A program made the position numbers and the translations under genes. Below the pieces are notes generated by a model. The model made no database searches, had not been told where the DNA came from, and saw nothing but the letters and a program-made list of their open reading frames with translations. DNA of 64,000 nt from a virus. The stretch covers positions 1 to 64,000 of IMG/VR virus record IMGVR_UViG_3300030118_007055; one strand, written 5' to 3'. Of the stretch, positions 15,732 to 24,113 are shown in pieces; positions within the stretch are counted from its first letter, which is position 1; each line of letters begins with the position of its first letter.

Positions 15732-18700
15732 ATGGCAGGGGAACTTTCTCAAAGAATTCATTCAAACTTTTCAACTGATGTGGCCACTTGGTCAGGATTT
15801 AGGGATGAAATAACTGGAGCATACATAAATAATCAAGGCACAGGCGCGGCTTATGTTGATTATTCTGATCATCTAATAAGAGAATACAACGATAAAATAA
15901 ATGATTTAAATTTTTCTAAAGAGCTTCTGATAGAACCCATGGATGCGGGTTTTAGATACGTAAATGACCCCGTTGTAGGGGCATTTCATAGTGGATTACA
16001 CTCATGTTTTTCCGCTAGAACCATAGGTTTTGGTGGCCCGTTAGTAAGGGTTAGACGCGCCTCTGATAATGTAGAGGTAGATGTGCGAGGAAATATAAAC
16101 GGTGAATTATCTTTAAACTCTCCAGTTATAGATGAAACAGAAAACTTATTACCATATTCAGAAGACATATCGGAATGGGATGAAACAAACAATTTATTTA
16201 CTAAAAACATAACAGGAAACGATTCGCCTTTAAGTCCTCACACTGGATATGAATTTACAAGCACTAATATAGATAGAATTGTAGATGGTAAATTAACTGG
16301 TAAATTAAGCGCTAATTGGGCATCTTCAAATTCTTCTTTAGTTAGCGTTAATGCTTATGTTTCTGGAAGACAATTAATTCAGAATACAGGTTTTGAAAGA
16401 AATGCTAATAATTGGACCCCACAGGACGGAAATATTTCTGTTGTTGCGGATAATCTTGTATCAGTCCCTACTTATCAGACTGGGGCAAATCTCGTTATTA
16501 ACGGAACTTATACTGGAGCTGGTCATTGGTCAAAATCTGCCGATCCAATAGTGGTTATTGCTAATGGCGTGGCGACATTTACCGTAACAGATGGTGGTTA
16601 TGCATTCATTTCCCAAGCTATTAGTCTTGTGTCAGGAAGACAATATAGAGTAGAAGCCACGGTAAGCGGAACTTCTGGAAAAGCACTTCGTGTAATGGAT
16701 AACACTTCGGATTTAGGAACGTTGAAGAGTTCTGAAACAGAATTTACTTTTGATGGGACCGAGCAAAATCTATCGTTTGATTGGACGGCAGGAAGCAATT
16801 CAAATGCTATTCAGTTTACTAGAAGAGGTGTTGGCGATTTTTCTTTTACATTAGACGATGTTTCCGTCTATCAGACAAACGCAACGAATATGTCGCGTAT
16901 AGGTTTAATAGATGGCCCAGACGCTTATGAACCAGGAGGATTTAGTCAAAACGCTGCCGCTATAAGAGAAACAACAGGAATTGGAGAGCACTCGTTTCAA
17001 TTCGCAGCAGATGAATATGATTTTGCTTTACCTACTGGCGCTAAAGTAACAGCTTCAAGTTTTTTAAGAAGTGTCGGCGGTAGAAATGTAGAATTAACTT
17101 TTTTTAATGGTAATTTTTCTAGTAGTAAATCGGCTAGGTTTGAATTGACGGGAGATGGAACTGTTGCATTCTCGGACGGAGACGCAGCTACCATTGAGCC
17201 TGTAGATAACGATTATTACAAAGTCAATTTTCAATTGACAACTCCTTCGACGAGTGTTGACGCTGCCATTAAACCATACGTAAGATTTAGGCTACTTCGA
17301 GATGATACTAACCTTGTGACCTATTCAGAAGATTTTAGTCAATGGAATGATGTAAATACAACTTTGACGGCAGGTCAACTAGATCCTTTTGGTGGGACAG
17401 GCGCTACTATTTTCACACCAGCGGGAGATGTTAATGACCGTAAAGAAATACTAACTTCTGTAACTTCGGGTACAACATACTTTGGAAGTGTTTTTGTAGC
17501 GACTGGAACATCAGATAACTTTCGAGTTCAATTTGTAGATAATGAAAACGGCTATGCCAACAGAGGATTGCTTAAAGTTGATATTGGAACCGATGGTTCT
17601 TTCTCTACAGATACAGCTACACTTGCTTCGAACGTAACATATACACCATCTTCTAATGGGTTTACTAGAGTAAGTTTTTCATTTACACCCACTGCTTCAA
17701 CAGATCAGCTTTCTTTTAGATTGTTTCCAGATAACGATAACGGAACAGCAACAACAACCTTTTTTGGAGCACAACTAAGCGATGAGGATACACTCCCAGA
17801 CTATGCTAAAACGAACGGCTCAACAATAACTTCAACGGGTTGGGCAGGAGATACAGGTAAAGGTATTGATCAATTTGAATTAAGAGTTTTTGAAGGTACA
17901 GAAACTCGCGGAAGAGTGTTGCCTACTTCTACAAGTAGTTATGTTTTTCAACCTTTCGCAACTGAAGCTGGTAAGCAATATAGAATATCAGCAAGCGGCT
18001 CTAGATCTTTAGAGACTGGGTTCGCTACAAATCTCGTTACTAACGGAACTTTTGCTTCAGATAGCAATTGGACTAAATCTACAAACGCTGTTATCGCTGA
18101 TGGTAAAGCTACGATGACAGTAATAAGTGGAGAATTTGAACAAGTAGCTCAAAATCTGACATACACAAATGGGCAAACTTATAGAGTAAGAGCTGATGTG
18201 AGTGGAACTTCAGGAGGACTCATGCGAGTTATGGATAATGGAGCTAATAATGGTGGTTTAACAACTACTAATGGCGTTCATGAATTTGATGGAACTAACC
18301 AAACAGTAGATTTTAGTTGGCAAGCAAATGCGAACTCTGCAAATATAAGTTTCGCAAGGCATAATCCTGCAGATGAATGGGGTAGTAGTGGTCAATTTAC
18401 CGTTGATAATGTTTACGTCTATCAACCAAACGCAACTCAAGTGCAGTTGCAAGCGCTTGATAATGAAAATTCTAACGCTTTTATAAAGGCATCTACCGCT
18501 GTTTTTGATGGCGATATCTCAATGGATTTTACAGCCGTGTCAGACACTTCAGCTATAGCACTACTAGTTAGTGATAATGCAGTCCCTTCTGCTGGCTTTT
18601 TCACAAATTGTTCAGCTAAAGAAATAGTTTACAAGGCTGCATGGAATACAACGAGCACACAAACTCTAACGCAATCAGATAAACTAGGAACAGTAGGTGG

Positions 18701-20399
18701 CAAAAAATATAATATTAAGTTTAGCATTTCTGATTATGAATCAGGAGCTATAAAATTATCAAATCCGACTCCATCAGAAGAGACTTTATTTTCAGGTGAT
18801 GGGACTTATGAAGTAGAGGTTATAAATGACGCTCTATTTGCAGGTTTCAACGATGTTCAATTTAAAAATCAAGGCACAACCAACTTAAAAATAACAGACA
18901 TATCTGCAATTGAATCGTTGCCAGTTTCACCATATTATCAAGTTTACAGCGTTCCTAGTGATGATAATACCATTTTATCTGAATCTACAGAGACTTTGAA
19001 TGTTAAGAGTGGGGATATTTTTACAGCTTCAGTTTATGCTAAAAATGTTCATACTACAGGTGGTAATTTATTACTTCAAATAAATAGAGGTGCTGGCGGC
19101 GCGTTCGAGGAGACTTTTCAACAACTAGATGCAGCTTCAACTAACGAATGGCAAAGATTTACTGCCATACATGAATTCACAGAAGCACACACACAATTAC
19201 GAGCAAGATTATTTGCTCCATCTGGTGCAAGAACATCAGGACAAATATTTGGATTTCAACTTAATAGAGGATCAGGTGCTGAGCCATACATTAAAACTGA
19301 GGGATCTCCTATAACTAAAGAAAAAAACCCAGCTCCTTTAAGAGACTTTTTATATGGATCAGAATTAGTAACTGATACTAAACTAAGAGATTCTAGTCAA
19401 TGGTCATCTCAAAGCACTGCTGGTACTGTTAGTTTTGGTGACCAAGGGGCCACTTTCACAATAACAGATGGGGGTTACGCTAAACTAAAACAAAACATTA
19501 CTTATGAGGTCGGCAAAACTTACATAGCAACTATAAATGCTGTTGGCGTGTCAGGTACAAAGCTACGTGTCCAAGATGACGATGGTGGCGCTGGAGGACT
19601 TTCAAATACTGTTTTCTTTAGCTTCGATGGCACAAATCAAACACTTACATTTCCATTTGTGGCTACCGCAGATTCAGATTCGATTCTTCTCTCTAGAAGC
19701 TCAGCTGGCACTTATAAAACATTGGTGAAATCAATTTCTGTTAGAGAATATGAAGATGGTTTTTGCACTCTTTGGTATGATCAATCAAACTTTGGGACTA
19801 AAGCTGAAAGAAATTTCCAACAGCCCACAGCAGCTTATCAACCAGCAGTTACTTTTAGTGGTACTATACCAACTGGAGCGAATGGCAAACCTGGAGTCAG
19901 GTGGGACTTTGGGAAAAATATGTACATCAGTGATCAATTCCCTAATAAATTAGATGCTTTTTTCGTTTCCGACTTTGATGTTTCTGACGCTACAGGTATA
20001 TTTAGACAAAAACATATTTACTTCACCTCAAGTGGTAATAAAAATTATATTATAATGGAGTCTGGATCTACATCCACTAGCATTGGCTCATTAGGTAATC
20101 TAAATAAAACACTACGAGTAAATGGAGTTGATTACGATCCAAATGATCCAGAGTTGACGAGAAGTGGCGCATTTGAATTATTAGACCACAATAAATTATA
20201 TTCAGTAGTCGGAGGAGTTAGCTCCACCTACACAGGAACTCACGATAATATATTAAATTTAGGTTTCTATAATAGCAATCCTTCCACTTCATTTAACTTT
20301 GAAGGTTTAATGCAAGAGACTTTAATCTATACAGGAAGCCAGTTGACTACTAGAACTGGCATAGAAAAAAATATGAATGATCACTATGGAATGTTTTAA
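15732..20399 (+). CDS. large virion fibre/spike protein with multiple carbohydrate-binding-like modules
   Basis: split VRVRRASDN / LWYDQS lectin-like scaffold, NLxxYSEDxSxW modules, three paralogous beta-sandwich repeats; GTGTAA at 15703. Confidence 0.7.
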   Translation: MAGELSQRIHSNFSTDVATWSGFRDEITGAYINNQGTGAAYVDYSDHLIREYNDKINDLNFSKELLIEPMDAGFRYVNDPVVGAFHSGLHSCFSARTIGFGGPLVRVRRASDNVEVDVRGNINGELSLNSPVIDETENLLPYSEDISEWDETNNLFTKNITGNDSPLSPHTGYEFTSTNIDRIVDGKLTGKLSANWASSNSSLVSVNAYVSGRQLIQNTGFERNANNWTPQDGNISVVADNLVSVPTYQTGANLVINGTYTGAGHWSKSADPIVVIANGVATFTVTDGGYAFISQAISLVSGRQYRVEATVSGTSGKALRVMDNTSDLGTLKSSETEFTFDGTEQNLSFDWTAGSNSNAIQFTRRGVGDFSFTLDDVSVYQTNATNMSRIGLIDGPDAYEPGGFSQNAAAIRETTGIGEHSFQFAADEYDFALPTGAKVTASSFLRSVGGRNVELTFFNGNFSSSKSARFELTGDGTVAFSDGDAATIEPVDNDYYKVNFQLTTPSTSVDAAIKPYVRFRLLRDDTNLVTYSEDFSQWNDVNTTLTAGQLDPFGGTGATIFTPAGDVNDRKEILTSVTSGTTYFGSVFVATGTSDNFRVQFVDNENGYANRGLLKVDIGTDGSFSTDTATLASNVTYTPSSNGFTRVSFSFTPTASTDQLSFRLFPDNDNGTATTTFFGAQLSDEDTLPDYAKTNGSTITSTGWAGDTGKGIDQFELRVFEGTETRGRVLPTSTSSYVFQPFATEAGKQYRISASGSRSLETGFATNLVTNGTFASDSNWTKSTNAVIADGKATMTVISGEFEQVAQNLTYTNGQTYRVRADVSGTSGGLMRVMDNGANNGGLTTTNGVHEFDGTNQTVDFSWQANANSANISFARHNPADEWGSSGQFTVDNVYVYQPNATQVQLQALDNENSNAFIKASTAVFDGDISMDFTAVSDTSAIALLVSDNAVPSAGFFTNCSAKEIVYKAAWNTTSTQTLTQSDKLGTVGGKKYNIKFSISDYESGAIKLSNPTPSEETLFSGDGTYEVEVINDALFAGFNDVQFKNQGTTNLKITDISAIESLPVSPYYQVYSVPSDDNTILSESTETLNVKSGDIFTASVYAKNVHTTGGNLLLQINRGAGGAFEETFQQLDAASTNEWQRFTAIHEFTEAHTQLRARLFAPSGARTSGQIFGFQLNRGSGAEPYIKTEGSPITKEKNPAPLRDFLYGSELVTDTKLRDSSQWSSQSTAGTVSFGDQGATFTITDGGYAKLKQNITYEVGKTYIATINAVGVSGTKLRVQDDDGGAGGLSNTVFFSFDGTNQTLTFPFVATADSDSILLSRSSAGTYKTLVKSISVREYEDGFCTLWYDQSNFGTKAERNFQQPTAAYQPAVTFSGTIPTGANGKPGVRWDFGKNMYISDQFPNKLDAFFVSDFDVSDATGIFRQKHIYFTSSGNKNYIIMESGSTSTSIGSLGNLNKTLRVNGVDYDPNDPELTRSGAFELLDHNKLYSVVGGVSSTYTGTHDNILNLGFYNSNPSTSFNFEGLMQETLIYTGSQLTTRTGIEKNMNDHYGMF

Positions 20400-20402
20400 A
20401 AA

Positions 20403-20633
20403 ATGAAATATTTACTTTTTAACACTAGAGAAGCAGCATTTGATAGGAGCATGCAAGAGGCCGATGTCAGATCATGCGGTCCCTCAACTAAATACTGGTG
20501 GGGAGCAAGTATAACAAAAGCTGGTAAGTGGGCCTTATGTATACCAGATAATGAAACAAGTCATCTTACGCCAACAGAAAAATCTAATCTAAAAGATTCT
20601 GTTGTTTGGCCTGACCCTGTAGATCCCAGCTAA
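20403..20633 (+). CDS. hypothetical protein (possible fibre partner)
   Basis: 76-aa ORF coupled to the fibre gene. Confidence 0.65.
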   Translation: MKYLLFNTREAAFDRSMQEADVRSCGPSTKYWWGASITKAGKWALCIPDNETSHLTPTEKSNLKDSVVWPDPVDPS

Positions 20634-20683
20634 AAAACCCCCAAGCCCAAAGGGGAGGGGGTGTCTAAGATTATAATTAAAAT

Positions 20684-20872
20684 TTACTCAGACTTCTGCT
20701 TGGCTTTACCAATATTAAGGGCTGCCCAATCAATGATTGCGTAAACTTTAGCCCAAATTGATCCTTTTTTCGGAGTAGGTGTGGCAGCAGCTATTGCTGA
20801 AGCGAGAGCTATGGCAGCTGTTACAACACCAAACCAAGGGTTGTTCTCTATTAATGAAATGATTGTATCCAT
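20684..20872 (-). CDS. holin-like small membrane protein
   Basis: MDTIISL...VVTAAIALASAIAAATPTP...ALNIGKAK; start 8 nt after GTGTAA. Confidence 0.55.
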   Translation of the reverse strand: MDTIISLIENNPWFGVVTAAIALASAIAAATPTPKKGSIWAKVYAIIDWAALNIGKAKQKSE

Positions 20873-20886
20873 ACTAATATTTACAC

Positions 20887-21465
20887 TTAATCTGGATGAA
20901 CTATGCATTTCTCGTCAGAGATTTCTTCATAAAATATACTCTTATGATTATCAAGCCATCTTTGATGAGCCTCTTTAGCAATTTGAAAGGCCACATCATG
21001 AGATTGCCATTTACCGACTTGAGTATCTGAATCTCTATCTATTTTATAAATTTTAAAAAATTGACGATAAATTTTAAGATGTGATGATTCAATATCATTG
21101 ATTGTTTTATACTTTTCTACAGGAGACCAATGAGGCACTGCAATAATTTTGTTATCTATTTTACCACCGTCAACAAATCCTAGCACCCCTAAAATTCTAC
21201 ATGATACCATACTTGCTCTATCAATTGGGTCATGGTTAAAAATCAAAACATCTAAAGGGTCATTATCTAAAGCAATTGTTTGAGGTATAAAACCATAATT
21301 AATAGGATATTGCAAAGATGAAACTAAACATCTATCTAATTTAAATATATTTAAATTCTCATCATACTCATATTTTGTGTTAGTTCCTTTAGGAATCTCT
21401 ATGATGCAGTTTACGTGATCGTAATTATCATCAGTTATAGGTATGTCATTTACTAAATTCATCAT
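20887..21465 (-). CDS. ppa: family I inorganic pyrophosphatase
   Basis: IEIPKG..KYEYD..LDR..YPINYGFIPQT..DNDPLDVL. Confidence 0.93.
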   Translation of the reverse strand: MMNLVNDIPITDDNYDHVNCIIEIPKGTNTKYEYDENLNIFKLDRCLVSSLQYPINYGFIPQTIALDNDPLDVLIFNHDPIDRASMVSCRILGVLGFVDGGKIDNKIIAVPHWSPVEKYKTINDIESSHLKIYRQFFKIYKIDRDSDTQVGKWQSHDVAFQIAKEAHQRWLDNHKSIFYEEISDEKCIVHPD

Positions 21466-21754
21466 TAAGTGTATAAAAAACGCAAAGCTCTTCAGCTTTA
21501 CGTATTGGTTTTACGGTATAAAGATTTCTTTCTTTACCTGTATTTAAAATAAAACAATTCGGGTGCTGAGAATGGTTTATAAATCCTCCTAATGGAGTTC
21601 TTATCCAGCCACGTTCATCATGTAATATATGAGTAATACCTAAGCAAACGCCAGCATTAATATCTTTAGAGCAAATCAAACCTAATCCATGTATGAAACT
21701 GTCGTCCACAGTTACATTATCAGGTAAAGGTTTATAAGTATTAAATTTTAACAT
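21446..21754 (-). CDS. SET-domain protein
   Basis: SFIHGLGL, GGFINHSQHPNC, IRKAEELCVFY. Confidence 0.85.
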   Translation of the reverse strand: MLKFNTYKPLPDNVTVDDSFIHGLGLICSKDINAGVCLGITHILHDERGWIRTPLGGFINHSQHPNCFILNTGKERNLYTVKPIRKAEELCVFYTLNDEFSK

Positions 21755-22047
21755 TTTAAATTTACAAATCTAGGCGCGATCTCCTCTATCTCTTCACATA
21801 ATCTACATATTTCATTTCTAGACATTTGAGGAGCATTATTTTTTAATTTTGTTACCTCCCAGCAAAATTTAGCATAGATCTCATCTTGATTGTATTTATA
21901 ATCAGTTTCATTATCGTAAATAAAAGTGTCAAAAACTTCGTACCTTGTGGAGTCTATACATTTCTCCATGGGGTCAAACATAGAGTTACCTATAACAAAT
22001 AAAAAAATGTCCTCTTTTTTGACTTTGATTTCGTGTTTGTCAAACAT
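21748..22047 (-). CDS. hypothetical protein
   Basis: 99-aa ORF behind TTGATA-16bp-TAATAT-6nt-ATG. Confidence 0.65.
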   Translation of the reverse strand: MFDKHEIKVKKEDIFLFVIGNSMFDPMEKCIDSTRYEVFDTFIYDNETDYKYNQDEIYAKFCWEVTKLKNNAPQMSRNEICRLCEEIEEIAPRFVNLKC

Positions 22048-22088
22048 CTTACTATATTAGTAAAACATCTACGAATATCAAAAAAAAA

Positions 22089-22712
22089 TTATAGAATTCT
22101 TATTCTGCTTCTAATACTAGAGACATGGCGTTTTTTCTCTAAAACCGAGCCGCCTTCACGACTACCAGCGCCATTTGTGTTTCCCTCAATAGTTTTTACA
22201 TAACCTCTAGAATCAATATCTTTGACAGCTAAGCCTATATGAGAGAAAGTAAAGACTACGATATCTCCAGCTTTAATATCCTCATTTGTAGGTTTACGTA
22301 AATCTATATCATTTGCAATTTCTTGTTTTGCCCAATTTTCAAAATCCCAAGCTCCAGCAGTTCTTGGTCTTTTGAATTTTACATCTTCATCCTCTATGGA
22401 TTCTCTAACCAACCAACAAATAAATGCGGCACACCAAGGCCAACCCTTACTAGCATCAAGCCATGTAGCCGCCTTGTATTGATCAACTCTTGGTCCACAA
22501 TTTGTCCCATCTACTTCGGACACGCCGATTTCTTCACGGGCTAATTGAACCATTTTTTCTGGTATATTACCTGAAACATTTAATGGTGAGTCTTTTGCAG
22601 ATAACTCAGCTAAGATAGTGCTCCAAGTTACAGGCCCATCGATTCCATCAGCGGTGATCCCTAAAACACGCTGCACTGCTCTAATTGCTTCTTTTTTTCC
22701 TCTAAAATTCAT
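22089..22712 (-). CDS. endolysin: peptidoglycan-binding plus CHAP domain
   Basis: VQRVLG..ADGIDGPVTW; PWCAAFICW, SHIGL, TIEGNT. Confidence 0.88.
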   Translation of the reverse strand: MNFRGKKEAIRAVQRVLGITADGIDGPVTWSTILAELSAKDSPLNVSGNIPEKMVQLAREEIGVSEVDGTNCGPRVDQYKAATWLDASKGWPWCAAFICWLVRESIEDEDVKFKRPRTAGAWDFENWAKQEIANDIDLRKPTNEDIKAGDIVVFTFSHIGLAVKDIDSRGYVKTIEGNTNGAGSREGGSVLEKKRHVSSIRSRIRIL

Positions 22713-22993
22713 TAACTACAATTTTTTTTAAATGATACACACACACCCATTACAACTAATAATACGATTGTCATTAACATCATCTCTTTAAAATCGCATA
22801 TTTTAGATTCAATAATATTAAATTTTTCTTTTAATTCGCTGTCATGACCTAAACCACAAAAATCACATGACCAAAGCTGAGATGAATCTTTTAAATCTAT
22901 AACTTCATTTATTTCATCCAATGCCGCGATGCCGCACCAACTAAAAATTATGCAAATAACTACTAAACAATAAACTAGATGCTTGGGTTTCAT
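22712..22993 (-). CDS. two-TM membrane protein (lysis cluster)
   Basis: N- and C-terminal hydrophobic segments. Confidence 0.6.
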   Translation of the reverse strand: MKPKHLVYCLVVICIIFSWCGIAALDEINEVIDLKDSSQLWSCDFCGLGHDSELKEKFNIIESKICDFKEMMLMTIVLLVVMGVCVSFKKNCS

Positions 22994-23310
22994 TATTTTT
23001 TAAAAAATTTAAATGGATTATTTTCAAAGTTTTGAGCTAATCTCACAACTCCTCCAATAATCTCTGGGCTTACAACGCCAATGATACCATAAGTTATAGC
23101 TTTGGTTAAAGATGATACATCTGTTTGTTCTAAAACAAACCATGCAACTCCAGAAGCTATGGCTGCGGTAACAATTCTTTTAAATTGTTGTTTTATCGAC
23201 AAACCACTATCTCCAGATAAAAGGCGAGCAAACATAGCCGCTGCACCAATTAAAGGCACTAGCCAACCCCCATTAAGGAATTCTTTTAAAAGCGACTTTT
23301 CAGGTTCCAT
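22993..23310 (-). CDS. putative holin
   Basis: three hydrophobic segments, upstream of endolysin, GTGTAA 11 nt upstream. Confidence 0.6.
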   Translation of the reverse strand: MEPEKSLLKEFLNGGWLVPLIGAAAMFARLLSGDSGLSIKQQFKRIVTAAIASGVAWFVLEQTDVSSLTKAITYGIIGVVSPEIIGGVVRLAQNFENNPFKFFKK

Positions 23311-23375
23311 ATAACTAATAGTTACACGAAAAAAAAGTCTAACAAAAGTTTTTAAAAATTTATTTTAAAATTTAT

Positions 23376-23666
23376 TTATTTGCTATAATAATAAATTTCT
23401 CTTTCTAGTTTTCTAAATCTAGTGTCAGAGTGCCAAATTTCAGTAGTTTGCGGCGTATAAACACCATCAATTGTTTTTATCTTTATCCCTTTCTGTAGCC
23501 TCAGTGTAGAAGGTTGATAAATGTTTAAATTGCCTACGCTCGGTGCTGAGGTAGTTTCGCAAGAGGTCAGCCCTATTAGCGCTATGGCTGTCACCCCTAA
23601 TCCTAAGCTCTTCAATTTCTTCAATAAATTTACGCTCTTTTTCTTTGAACTCTTTATGTAATTCAT
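23376..23666 (-). CDS. lipoprotein, o-spanin-like (overlapping frame)
   Basis: basic N-region, VTAIALIGLTSC lipobox; overlaps 23467..23739. Confidence 0.55.
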   Translation of the reverse strand: MNYIKSSKKKSVNLLKKLKSLGLGVTAIALIGLTSCETTSAPSVGNLNIYQPSTLRLQKGIKIKTIDGVYTPQTTEIWHSDTRFRKLEREIYYYSK

Positions 23667-23739
23667 AATAAAATTTTTTATTTTTTAGTTTTAAATATAA
23701 TTCTACTGATTTTATGATTGACTTTATTGAGGAAAACAT
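23467..23739 (-). CDS. coiled-coil protein, i-spanin-like position
   Basis: overlaps the lipoprotein gene in Rz/Rz1-like fashion; no clear TM helix. Confidence 0.45.
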   Translation of the reverse strand: MFSSIKSIIKSVELYLKLKNKKFYYELHKEFKEKERKFIEEIEELRIRGDSHSANRADLLRNYLSTERRQFKHLSTFYTEATERDKDKNN

Positions 23740-23745
23740 AACTAT

Positions 23746-24036
23746 TTAATTACTTTGCTCTTTAATTTCAGACGGTCCAATAGTAAATGGCATAAATTTT
23801 AATTGAGCAACACCAACATTTTGACCGCCATCTGATAAAAAGCCGTTTAAGTAAGCCGCCTCTGGACTAAATTCAACTTGCTTCTCCTCAAAAATAAAAT
23901 TTCCTGTTTTGTTTTTAAGTTCGAAAATAGTTGATCCTGTAGCTGATTTGCTCTTTGAGACTACCTTTAATTCTGTGTCTAATAGTTCTTTAAGAGTTTC
24001 ATTAGCTCCTACTACTTTAAAAATAATACCCCTCAT
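23746..24036 (-). CDS. hypothetical protein
   Basis: 96-aa ORF. Confidence 0.65.
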   Translation of the reverse strand: MRGIIFKVVGANETLKELLDTELKVVSKSKSATGSTIFELKNKTGNFIFEEKQVEFSPEAAYLNGFLSDGGQNVGVAQLKFMPFTIGPSEIKEQSN

Positions 24037-24113
24037 AGCATTTTATGTTTTAATTATTATATAATTTTACACTGTTTTTTATATTATAATATAGCAAAAG
24101 TGTAAGTATTGTT

